Assembly (NCBI RefSeq): GCF_006345805.1 | Contig: NC_042997.1 | Span: 103,354,001-103,418,000, forward strand | From: Octopus sinensis | Taxonomy: Eukaryota | Direction: 5' to 3' | Length of the DNA: 64,000 nt | In this document: positions 52,481 to 64,000 of the stretch, one piece after another | How the letters are laid out: each line of letters begins with the position of its first letter | Numbering within the stretch: the stretch's first letter is position 1 | Program-made: the position numbers and the translations under genes | Notes under the pieces: model-generated | The model's input: the letters and a program-made list of their open reading frames with translations, nothing else | Database searches by the model: none | Told to the model about the DNA's origin: nothing

Positions 52481-52894
52481 TAATCATCTCTACGCAACCT
52501 GAATACTTCGCACTAGAAACGTGCTATTTTATGAATAATAATCAACCAGAAAACATTTTCTTGATTGGGACGTGATATCCCAATCTCGTTCAACGGCCTT
52601 GAGACTCACTTCAAATATCAAGGGAACGGTCTTATACATCACATTCTTTAGCAATGGGCATTATGTTGGTGTATTCGTTTTATGAGTGCTATGCGTGTAT
52701 GTGTGAATATGTATATATGTATAAGTCACCAGTCTATGTATATACAAGTTTCATTTAAATGAATTTATTTTAGTTATGTCTTATCCATTTATCTATTTTT
52801 TTATTGTTTGTTATATATATGTATATATATAATATATATGTGTGTGTGTATATGTGTGTGTGTGTGTATGTATATATATATATATATATATATA

Positions 52895-52940
<46 letters not shown>

Positions 52941-52959
52941 ATATATGTATATATTTATA

Positions 52960-52998
<39 letters not shown>

Positions 52999-53227
52999 AT
53001 ATATATATATACATTAAAATCTTAGGGTAGCAAGAAATTTATCGAAAAAATCTTACCTACCAGTGGTCTAGCGAGAAGGAAACAATTTAGTCAATAGACT
53101 ATACATTATTCAGATAAGAATACAGTGTACATTCAAACACATAAGAGATACCCAAAAAGAATAGGATATCTGACTCACTAGAAAGAGCAGTTAAACTCCA
53201 AGCCACTAATTGTCGTAATTCCGAAAG

Positions 53228-53566
53228 TGATTGAAAAATAAAAACTTTTACCTTATTATCCTAGACCATGCATGGTTTCTGTAGACTTAAATACAGACTG
53301 AAATAAAATAATTTCAGTCTATATCTGGCGCTGCTTCTTCAGTAGATTGCCAGGACTGAACACATAGACAGGGAGCGATAAATAACCCGCCATGTGTCTA
53401 TACGCTCTAATCTTTCGAATCCACCGCGCAAATGCGGAACTCATCGGCAGTAAATAAATAAATTGCCGATTTTCTTCCAAAATTAGCCAAAAACAAGCTG
53501 TATTTAAGTCTGCAGAAACCATGCATGGTCTAGGATAATAAGATAATAGTTTTTATTTTCCAATCA
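53228..53566. mobile_element. MITE with ~70-bp inverted arms
   Basis: cttattatcctagaccatgcatggtttctg(t/c)agacttaaatacag is repeated in inverted orientation. Confidence 0.75.
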
Positions 53567-54040
53567 GTGAACATCATGGTGTTTGGATTGATCACTAGTG
53601 ACGGTGACGTTATGCCTCCATTCATCATCCCACACAGCCTCAGACTCAACACGGAGGCCTACATCTAGTTCCTGGAGGAAGTAGTGTTGCCCTGGGTCGA
53701 GAGGGCGGCTGCTGGAAGACACTATATCTGGCAACAGGACTCTGCACCATGCCACACAAGCAGGAGAACCCAGTCATAGCTGTCAGGCAAGTTCTGCGAC
53801 TACATCACCCCAAACATCTGACCACCTAACTCCTAATCCTGCAAACCCCTTGATTATTATGTGTGGGGTGCAGTTGAGCGAGAGACCAACAAAATTTCTT
53901 GTAGCACCAAAGATGAACTGAAGGCAAGGATAATGGTAGCATTCGCCAACTTAAACTAGAAAACGGTCCAGAAGAGTTGCAGGATATGCCGAAGTGTTTT
54001 GGAGGCCGTGGCTGGAACCAATGGCGATTTTATTGAATAA
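53565..54040 (+). pseudogene. maT-family (DD37D) transposase pseudogene, C-terminal half
   Basis: VMVFGLITSDGDVMPPF..P..LRLNTEAY...WQQDSAPCHTSRRTQ...PPNS..PLDYYVWG; 37 residues between the last two Asp; several in-frame stops. Confidence 0.85.
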
Positions 54041-54178
54041 ATTTACTCTTTACTATTTCAAGATATTTTTTATGCAATTTAGCTTATTTTTTATGTAATT
54101 TAGCTAAATATACCTGTTAAAATGAGATAACAATGCTATTTTTATTTTTGCGTACTCTTTCACCACAACTTTCTCTCA

Positions 54179-54570
54179 CTCTTTCTTCCAGTGTCTGTTG
54201 TATCTATTTTTCAAAGGGCCAACCTTGTCACACTCTGTGTCACGCCGAATCTCCCCGAGAACTACGGTAAGGGCACACGTGTCTGGAGTGCTCAGCCACT
54301 TGCACGTTAATTTCATGACCGGGCTGTTCCATTGATCGGATCAACTGAAACCCTCGTCCTCGTAACCGACTCTTTCTTCCAGTGTCTGTTGTATCTATTT
54401 TTCAAAGGGCCAGCCTTGTCACACTCTGTGTCACGCCGAATCTCCCCGAGAACTACGGTAAGGGCACACGTGTCTGGAGTGCTCAGCCACTTGCACGTTA
54501 ATTTCATGAGCGGGCTGTTCCATTGATCGGATCAACTGAAACCCTCGTCCTCGTAACCGACGGAGTGCCC
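54179..54570 (-). repeat. Direct tandem duplication (191-bp unit x2) of an interspersed-repeat 5' segment
   Basis: Units start at 54179 and 54370 and differ at only about two positions. Confidence 0.9.
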
Positions 54571-54996
54571 TCCTGTCAAATCTTGTTTCTCCAGCGTTCA
54601 TCACTTCATTTCGTTATGGCTTAACAACCCTTACCGTTTGTTTTCACTGTCCTGTTTTTGTTACCAGCTTTGACCCTTCGCAAATCCCAAATTATATTTA
54701 ATTTGCTTTGCAGGAGCAACTGTTTTGACGAAGACGCATCTTGTCCTAATGCTCAAAATGCGGAGTAGATAAAACAGTGGACAACTGATAAAGGGATTGT
54801 TCTTTATGTTGCCTGTCTTGTTTTTTTCTTTTTTTCTTTCGTTATTCGCAAAAAAAAGTTCGTTTCCAATGTTTTGTATTTCATGTTCTCGTTTTTCATG
54901 TTTACGTTTTTCGATGTCCTGTACCCATATATGCATGTGTATATACATATATATGAAAGTATGTACATGTATGTATATATGCATACATATTATTTA

Positions 54997-55053
<57 letters not shown>

Positions 55054-55071
55054 CATTATTATTATTATTAT

Positions 55072-55106
<35 letters not shown>

Positions 55107-55137
55107 TACCTCTTATATGTGTGTGTGTGTGTGTGTA

Positions 55138-55176
<39 letters not shown>

Positions 55177-55319
55177 TGTCAATGGCTAACTTTATCACCA
55201 CACCTACCTCATCACCACCCTTCTTTCCCTGGAAATGACCTCTTACGGTTCAGCCTAATTTCTTACAAGTCATTTTCTTTTCCTACACATTCACTCACAC
55301 ACACACACACACATACATA

Positions 55320-55570
55320 CGTACATCTATCCATCCATATATCCATCCATCCATCCATTCATCCATCCATCCATCCATCCATACATACATACATACATAC
55401 ATACATGCATACATACATACATGCATACATACATACATACATACATACATACATACATACATACATACATACATACATACATCCATACATCCATGCATGC
55501 ATACATGCATACATACATACATACATACATACATACATACATACATACATACATACATACATACATACAT
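55320..55570. repeat. Compound (CATC)n/(CATA)n microsatellite
   Basis: Visible tetranucleotide arrays. Confidence 0.95.
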
Positions 55571-55965
55571 CCTCATACGGACTTGGTTTTAATCAAACTC
55601 TTGTTCAATTACGTTTATTTCTTAAACACGGGCAACACTTTTTCAAGCGCACTTTTTCAAGCGTTCCTGAGCGAGGAAAGTGATTGAAATGAACGAAACG
55701 TTCATATTTCATATAGAACAATCAGACTCACTATTTGCGGGAACGACCAGGGTTTTACATCCAACTACCCTTCACCTTTTATGCAGTGATTTGAGCTAAC
55801 GATCCTTCACCCACTGAGTAACTTTAGACAGCATTCGTTTATCATCATAAATACCATATCCTCGTTGACACTATAGTACATGAACAACGACTTCGTTGTT
55901 ATTGACCCTACTCTCGGTCATTGTCCTTTTTATAGATTATATCTTTGTCTTCCTCACTCGGTTTA

Positions 55966-56009
<44 letters not shown>

Positions 56010-56454
56010 GGAAAGACTGCACTAAGAATACATAAATACATATCAAAACAAGGAATATTTGTTTGCACTCCTAGCATGTGCAAATATGACCGACCTTACA
56101 TTGTTATTTAGGGCACAAAGGAAAGTCGGGTTAAATGCATCCAAAGTCAACGAGAAGGGAAGCTGTCATCGGACAGCTGCTGCGAAACCGGCAAGTCTTC
56201 TGATTATAATTTTCATTTATATCAATAATTATAGGTGCACTTATTACCATTTAATGAACTGAAGATTATTTTCCAAATGTAGCAGTGTTGTGATTCACCA
56301 AACATTCGTAACGAGTAAATTTCCTATGTAAGTGGAAGAATAAGATTATGGAAGACATTCTTAAAGTTTTACATGTATGAGTAATCGCTGTTGTTAAACA
56401 CATTCCAACAGTGGATTTTTTTTATTTATCTGTTAAAAAAAACACCTACTGCCC

Positions 56455-56555
56455 TCTTCCATAATCTTACTCAAGGACAGCGCGTCGTCGGGAATCGAAC
56501 TCACGACCTTACGATCGTGAGCAAATGCCCCTAACCACTAAGCTACGCGCCTTGA
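56455..56555 (-). mobile_element. tRNA-like SINE head
   Basis: gcgtagcttagtggttaggg...gtgagttcgattccc followed by gtccttgagtaag SINE body. Confidence 0.65.
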
Positions 56556-56756
56556 CAAGTAAAGTCTAGCTCACTTTATAAATCATTATTTCCACTATAT
56601 GCACAATATCCTCTCTCTTTCTTCCTTCCTTCTCTCTCCCTCTCTCTCTCTCTCGCTTTCCCTTTTCCCCTTGTCTCTGCCTCTCACTCTCTCAATGTAC
56701 TACTTTTTGTGGAAGTCCACTTCGATTGCAGAAGTTGAAATAAACATTGCTATCTA

Positions 56757-58049
56757 CGAGGGGCGTTCAATAAGTAATGCCCCTGACCCACTTCCCATAG
56801 CAGTAGAGCAACGAAACTTGGCACAGTTATTAGTCTTTTTCTACATAGGAACCACCAAGAGTTACGCATTTCTCACATCGTTTGATGCAGCTCTGAAAAC
56901 CGTTTTTGTAGAAGACCCTATCTTGGTCCTCCAACCACGACGTGACTTCAGAAATCAAGGCTGCATCATCTGGGAAACGCTTTCCTTTCAAAAACAACTT
57001 CATGACTGGGAAGAGGTGAAAATCAGAGGGTGCAAGGTCAGGAGAGTAGGGGGGATGGGGGATGAGTTCATAGCCGCACGACTGTGCTTCTGATCTGGCG
57101 ACACGCGAGTTGTGAACCGGAGCGTTGTCCTGCAAGAGGAGGATGCCTTTGCTGATCTTGCCTCGCCTCTTGATTTGATAGCTTCTCTTAATTTCCTCAA
57201 AAATGAAGCATAATAGGCTCCTGTAATTGTGGCACCCTTTGCCAGGAAATCTGTCATCAGTACTCCGTCCTGGTCCCAGAAGACTGTGAGCATGACCTTG
57301 CCAGCAGAGGGCTGCACCCTTGCCTTCTTTGGAGGAGGTGAGTCACGGTGTGTCCACTGCATTGACTGGGCTTTGGTCTCTGGATCATAGTGATGGACCC
57401 AGGTTTCATCCTGTGTTATCAGTCTTTTGAAAAATTTTGACTCATCTTCTTTTGACTCATCTCCAAATTCATCCTCGAGCAATCGACACGTTCTTGCTTC
57501 TGGAAAGATGTGAGCAACATGGGAATCCATCTGGCAGACACCTTTTGCATATGCAAATGGTCATGAATGATAGTTTCCACAGACCCTGTACTAATCTTGA
57601 CCTCATGGGCTATTTGGCGAATATTTATGCGTCGATCTTCCAAAATGGCAGCCTCAACATGACGGACAGATGCCTCATCAATGGCAGAAGGGGGCGACCA
57701 GATCTGGGAGCTGTTTCCACAGAGTTCCGACCATGTTTGAATTCACGATGCCAGCGTTTTACAAGGTCATATGATGGGGCATCATCACCATAAGTTACTT
57801 TCATTTCATCAAAAGTCTCCCGTGGTGTGCGTTCTTTCAAATACAAAAACCGGATCACTGCTCGACACTCAACAGGCTCCATTTCACACTTGACTCAGTT
57901 CAAACACCTGTAAATCAGAAACCACAATTAGTTCAGAGCTGTAATTTGCCACTTAATCTATAAAGATATAAGTAATTGTACATGCAAAATTTCAGCCAAA
58001 TCAAATAACTGCAAGTGGGTCAGGAGCATTACTTATTGAACGCCCCTCG
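56757..58049 (-). mobile_element. Full-length (1293 bp) mariner element
   Basis: 37-bp TIRs cgaggggcgttcaataagtaatgc(c/t)cctgacccactt with one mismatch; TA TSD. Confidence 0.95.
56830..57882 (-). pseudogene. Mariner DD34D transposase pseudogene (several frameshifts)
   Basis: MEPVECRAVIRFL..; RSGRP; VSARWIP; TQDETW..YDPETK; QDNAPVH followed 34 residues later by YSPDLAPSD. Split over four ORFs. Confidence 0.92.
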
Positions 58050-58799
58050 TATGACAGCTATTTTTCAGATAACGAAAGATGTATGCTGTCGACGCTGCTT
58101 AGGTGTAAAATAGTTTTTGTGGATTGAGTAATAGTAATTCCTTTAAGCGTATCATGTAAGCCAATGGAACGATGTTCTCAAAATCTTTTTTTATTATTTA
58201 TCTTTAGCTCTGATTTAAATGGATAAACCAACTGAGGTGAATTGAATAATTACATCCACCTTCGATAATTCACAGGTTCCTTCGTATTGCAGATGTTGCT
58301 GCTGTCATGACCAGTATCGGTTGTGTGCTTTTTAAACATGAATATAGAAATAGTGTTCAGACATCTGTTTATAATGCCTGCATATTTCTCAGTGACCACA
58401 TTATGAAATACATATGTCGGTACATGCGTAACATGCGTAATATGTACACACACACATACACACAATGTTTGATTTACGCATGTATCTCGCATTTATTTAT
58501 ATGTATTCGTGAAAGCAACATCATTTACCAGACAAACAAGAATCAAATGATATTTACAAACAATGCTTAGCTTTGTTACAACCGTGCTGATAGCTTATGC
58601 TTTGCGCGACAGATTGATTCATTATAGAATATTAAGGATTATTTACTTAACCCAAAACTGGTTTGCCGAATAAAGCTATACACACACACACACACACACA
58701 CACACCTACACCTACACGCATTCACAGATATACAGACATACGTAAGTATAAGCATGTAATGCATTTGTAAATATAAATACATATAGATCTCTCTTTCTT

Positions 58800-58856
<57 letters not shown>

Positions 58857-59104
58857 TCTCTTATTCTACTCTAAACCAATTTAGCCACCTGCATAGTCTT
58901 TTCAATTGATTGAACTATTTTCCTTGAATTTTAATCTATATTTTCAATCATTCTTTGGGTTTTGTACATGATGTGTCACCACATTATTCTAAGCCACTTG
59001 GGGTAAATTTACGTGGCTGATCTTGTAAAAATTCAAGTAAAAATTACACAGGACCTTCACAATAAGAAAGCGACATTCAATAAAGCAATCCTTGACTTCC
59101 TATT

Positions 59105-59515
59105 TTACTCTTTTTTTTTTCACTCTTTTACTTGTTTCAGTCATTTGACTGCGGCTATGCTGGAGAACCGTCTTTAGTCGAGCAAGTCGACCCCAGGACT
59201 TATTCTTTGAAAGCCTAGTACTTATTCTATCGGTCTCTTTTTCCGAACCGCTAGGTTACGGGGACATAAACACACCAGCATCGGTTGTCAAGCAGATGTT
59301 GGGGGGACAAACACAGACACACAAACACACACATATATATATACATATATACGACGGGCTTCTTTCAGTTTCCGTCTGCCAAATCCACTCACAAGGCTCT
59401 GGTCGGCCCGAGGCTATAGTAGAAGACACTTGCCCAACGTGCCACGCAGTGGGACTGAACCCAAAACCATGTGGTTCGTAAGCAAGCTACTTACCGCATA
59501 GCCACTCCTACGCCC
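59105..59515 (-). mobile_element. Family-B SINE (full length)
   Basis: Near-identical to 1745-2145. Confidence 0.85.
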
Positions 59516-61499
59516 TTTAAAAATTATTGATGGTCACAGCTGAAACGCCTTTGTCAAAAGCCAACTCGATCAGATATTAACATGGAGCTAAAAAAAAAGC
59601 AACAATTTAATCTGACGAGAGAGCCAATGATAGACCTATATGTAGTTGTTCAACTTTAGAAATAACAGCAAAATCCTTCTTAAATTTCATCCCATCATCT
59701 TAAGAAATTTGGATTATGTATTCCTGGATGCGTTGTCTCTGAATAAAAGAAGGGATGGAGCACTTTTGGCCATAAATCTATTGAATCAGAACAGACATAG
59801 AGTGATGCAACAAAAACTATGACGACGGCGACAATAACATCAACAGAAACAGAAGCCAAAAACAACCTAAACTGATATATAATGTCCTTGCTACTACAAA
59901 TCCTAAAATCAGATTTGTAAATCACCCTGGCCCACTAAGAAACAATCCATTTTTTGGTGTGTGCTATTAGCCTACTAAATCAACACTGCTTCTGAGATGT
60001 TAAAACTTATCGTTAAAAGATCTAGGGCTAAATGCTCGATTGAATAAATAGTTCACGCAGCACGTGGAGAATATATCAGGAAGTTGGCCCGATCAAAAGT
60101 TATTCACTGAATTAAAAATCGCCTCTTTGATCATGAAGTCCCCCTCAAAATGATCAAATACTCGAAATTTTTCACTTAATTGAAGAAATAGAGATCATAT
60201 AACTTTTTGTGTACGTCTGTCACCAGCGACCTGATTTATGTAAATTTTTGTCCTAGCTCCATTTGAGTTATGTCTCTTAGCTCATTCCTTTTCATAATTA
60301 TAGGTAGTCTGTGTAGTGAGGAGTGTATTATTTTGATTGATCTCTCTGAACTATTATTAACTCCTGTTACACGGCAGAAAATGGTATGAATCAGTCTAGT
60401 AAGATCTTATAACTCGCACTTGTAACTCGACAAAGTATAAGCTCCAGCACCAGCTCCACAACCACCACTACCACCACCACCATCACTTCCACATCTCTGG
60501 ATGGGGATGTATGCCGCCTTATGTAATAGCACGTCTAGAGTCAAGCATGCCTTCAGTGTAGTCCATTTTACTGTAAACATCAACTGAGAAATATAGGAGA
60601 CTTATCACGTGCCGACATCTACTGCATGCTTGAGAGTGGGTACACGTTGAAAAGGTCTTTCAACAGAGGCCCTCAGTCAGATAGAGGCATAGGCCGGAAC
60701 TGTAGATGACGCATCGGGAGGCTACCCTACCAGCAAGTGCATAGTCTCACATCCTTTCAACTCTAATGTATGACTGATGCCCGACCAAGTGGCAAATTTT
60801 CAAAGGAACCAGTCAAGGCTACTGATATCCAATTAAATGTCAATAGCCTCGGTTGTAACTCATAATTATATGAATTGAGATAGTGGTTAGCGGTACTCGT
60901 GAGTCATATTTTCTATTCCGCACCCACATTTGAACCAAACTACCATTTTTTAAATAACGAACTGTTAGAAAATTCAAATATACTTTTGCAACTGCTGGTC
61001 GATTATCTTTACTTTCTTCAAACATTCTTAGACTCCAGTTTACAGATACACAGAAATATGTGTGTTTGTGTATTAAAGACACACCAAGCAGCAATGATTA
61101 AAATAAAGCTGTCTACATTTATATTTAACAGGTTTATGTACACTCAAGTAAGGAAAGACCTTCGCTGTGGTAACAGTCTGGGAAGAGATATACGTGTTTC
61201 TGCGTTACGAACTATCAAGTACTGACATCGAATCCTCCGTTTACAGCCCACTAAAGAATTATCGTTCTATATCTAAACGGCAAATAACAAACTTACTAGT
61301 GTGTGCAAAGCTTTGTGAAGTTGGAATTAAGTAAATGCAGACTAAGTAGCAAAGATGGAAAAATCTTTGGTGCGGTAAATTGGAAAATAACTTCTTACAG
61401 ACTGTGTATTTATACACTCCTCCTTCGAGAACATTTGACTTATTACTCTCTGAATTCATCGTCCTAGGTAACTTCAACGCTCAAAACGGTTTAAAGTTA

Positions 61500-62620
61500 T
61501 CACACGTTCCATACTTATGACATTGATGACAAACCTATTTTTCACAATCATCAACTCACCACGTCAATTAGTTGCATACCCTATACATATGTCTAACCAA
61601 CACACATGCACTTCAAACACCTTTGGTCTTTCCCACGCCTCCAAAACCAGCATTTACCAAGTCATCACCGTCTCGGTACATTTCGTTTATACAATCATTA
61701 CCTTGCTGCGATTAAAAATGGTTCTCAAATGCAATTTCCTACCGTTAGTCTTCGCTTGTCCGATTAACTGAATTACCAGGTTAATTGAATTAGTTGATAA
61801 GCGACTAGATATTCCAAAGTCAAAGATACTCTCTCAGCGTAACTTTCAAGTTGACTTAGCGTGACGTATAGAGTAATAACGCTGGATCTTTTAATTAGAA
61901 ATACAATCCATCCAGCAGGCTTTCACACAACTTCCGTTTAACCAAGTTTTTCTCGCAAGACTTGAGTCAACTCGACGCTATAGCAAAAGGCACTTGCACA
62001 GGATTCCATGCGATGACTGACGCCACAATCCCGTGACTGCAAAAAGAATTTCTTAATCATTCATCCATAGTCTCTCATGAGCATCACATACTACGCATCG
62101 TCTCGACCTTTCAAACCCTATGGCATTTCAAGCCAGCTTGTCTAGTCGGAGCTTCTCAAAGCTCCGCAAGCACTTATTGAATCAAATCCCTTACCCCTTA
62201 GTGACACATTAGCAAGTAACAAAATCTATCCTCTAAGTTATACCCCTTCAAATCCTCTACACAACCAAAACTCACAGCCCACATCTCCAAAGATGTTCAG
62301 TCATAGCTGTGCTTCAATAACTCAATCATATAATAAATGTAGGAATTCATTTACTCTAACTGTAAACAGTATTCCGCAATGAAAAGCGTCACATTAGCTG
62401 TCTTCATTGTAATCATCTTCAAATTGTATATTGTGAGCTAATCTCAAAAGCTTCCCTAAACCACTCCCTCATTCTCAGTATCACAAACAGTTATAATGTA
62501 TTCCATTTCCGAGAAGCTCAACAGTTACCTACCACTTGCTCTCACTTACAATATCTCAAAGTTTGTAACGTTTGCTGTTAACAACTAGTTTCTGCAACAT
62601 TTTGACTCCCTTTCGTTTTT
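61500..62620 (+). mobile_element. Highly decayed LINE-like fragments
   Basis: C/A-rich coding-like sequence resembling other CR1/L2 remnants; no clean motif recovered. Confidence 0.3.
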
Positions 62621-63305
62621 GAATGACAACATTATGGAGAACGCTAGAATTTAGGTAGTTTACACCTGATGAATCGAGTCTGGGCTCCAGAATCAATTTC
62701 TATTTTTGGAAAAAAGACAGTAAGGCGAAACCTAGGGTTTATAGCTCCTCTGGTAGTTGTATTTCAATAATTTAACAGATATAATCCTGTAAATTTTAGG
62801 AATGAAGTGTTTATTATAATATTTCCGTATTTTCTCCTTTGTATTTAAAAGATCTCAAGCATATAACGTTGCGTCAACTGGTACTTGACGTCAGTGATGC
62901 TTGCCCGGGTTGCTTGCACCTTCATACATCCCTGGCTCCCAATTTTATAAACCACTTTGTTTGTTCTGTGTGTCACATGTCATACACAGGCCATATCTCC
63001 TTGGCATCTCTGCATCATATATGATACACATTTTCAATTTATTTCAATCACCAGAGTAACTCAGAACCTATGAAAGGAAAGCTTTATATTACTCAGAACA
63101 TATGAAACAATGGCAAACAGAAATTCTGAAAACAGGCATGAACATGTGGGACAAACTTATGAAAATGTTTTGGACAGGCAACAGGATAACATTCCAGGAT
63201 CAGTATTGATTAATGTTTATTGTCACGAAAGGTTAAGTAACTATAGATCTTGTACGATTTCACAAGATGTGCATTCGTACAAGATCTACTATATGGGAAA
63301 GGTAG

Positions 63306-63614
63306 AGGCGCAATGGCCTAGTGGTTAGGGCAGCGGACTCGCGGTTGAAGGATCGCGGTTTCGAATCCCAGACCGGGCATTGTGTGTGTTTATTGAGCGA
63401 AAACACCTAAAGCTCCACGATGCTCCGGCAGGGGGTGGTGGCGACCCCTGTTGTACTCTTTCGACCCAATTTTCTCTCACTCTCTCTCCCTGTTTCTTGA
63501 GTAATGCTGCGATGGACTGGCGTCCCGTCCAGCTGAGAGGAACACATACGCCACAGAAATCGGGAAACCGGGCCCATGAGCCTGGCTAGGCTTCATAAGG
63601 GCGCATAAATAAAA
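63306..63614 (+). mobile_element. tRNA-derived SINE with a V-domain-like central motif
   Basis: A box tggcctagtggttaggg, B box ggtttcgaatccc, central ctgcgatggactggcgtcccgtccag and ataaataaaa tail. Confidence 0.7.
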
Positions 63615-64000
63615 TATGGGAAAGAGACCCTACAGACTCATTATTTGCTTTTTGGCAAGAAGCAGACCTCATATGGAACACCACTGTTAGCAACTGTTTT
63701 TGCCTTAGCATACATCCTCAATGGTACAGTTGAAGTGGGAGTTAGTTCATATAAAGCTAAACGGAGTACGACACCGAAAAACCGTAATTTATTGGTATGT
63801 AATGTTTTACAACTGTGACATTCGTGTAGTCCAAGGAAGTTGCACCACTGACAAAGAGACTTTTGACTTCATAAGCGTCTCGTCTGTTTGAAGTATTAGT
63901 TGATGCTGATGAAGATGCCTGAATGTGCCATCGTCTCAACTACGTTTCCATTCGCGGCAGTGCAGTATGTTGAGTGCGTTGCATTACCTTAACAATTTTC

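Noticed and set aside
53057-53067. 11-nt microexon-like motif (ctcgctag|ACCACTGGTAG|gtaaga, minus strand)
   Set aside because: Not frame-preserving, no host gene identified, and it probably lies within a repeat.
56455-56555. tRNA gene (also 3747-3820, 25790-25850 and 63306-63380)
   Set aside because: A and B boxes are present, but the anticodon and T stems do not pair properly and each continues into a SINE or retroelement body.
59695-59925. Hydrophobic 76-aa ORF
   Set aside because: The hydrophobicity comes from a decayed (GTT/GTC)-like simple repeat; no supporting splice structure.
62666-62700. CTGATGA hammerhead core
   Set aside because: No stem II followed by GAAA.

Overview
AT-rich, microsatellite-dense eukaryotic genomic DNA. 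The SINE, microsatellite and transposon content looks like an octopod cephalopod genome (inference, not a database result). The main content is a spliced minus-strand gene that the ORF track almost completely misses. Five coding exons (19562-19322, a 21-nt microexon 18108-18088, 7474-7280, 1675-1478 and 639-<1) join through four phase-1 GT-AG introns into one open frame of at least 431 aa. Its architecture is: signal peptide, six NGGDQT(Q/R) heptads, two chitin-binding type-2 (CBM14/peritrophin-A-like) domains, and at least nine 23-aa C-x10-C-x-C-x3-C-x5 repeats that run off the window. The rest is introns, intergenic DNA and mobile elements. These include several tRNA-derived SINE families, R4/Dong-like RLE retrotransposon ends stacked in (AAT)n tracts, a Penelope fragment with a decayed hammerhead motif, and decayed CR1/L2-like LINEs. 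DNA transposons comprise a Tc1 with an intact DD34E transposase ORF, two DD34D mariners, maT DD37D and Tigger relics, and several MITE or foldback hairpins. Exact short copies of distant intronic sequence are also inserted next to microsatellites. No true tRNA, rRNA or CRISPR feature is supported. All translations and coordinates were read by eye; repeat boundaries are approximate.
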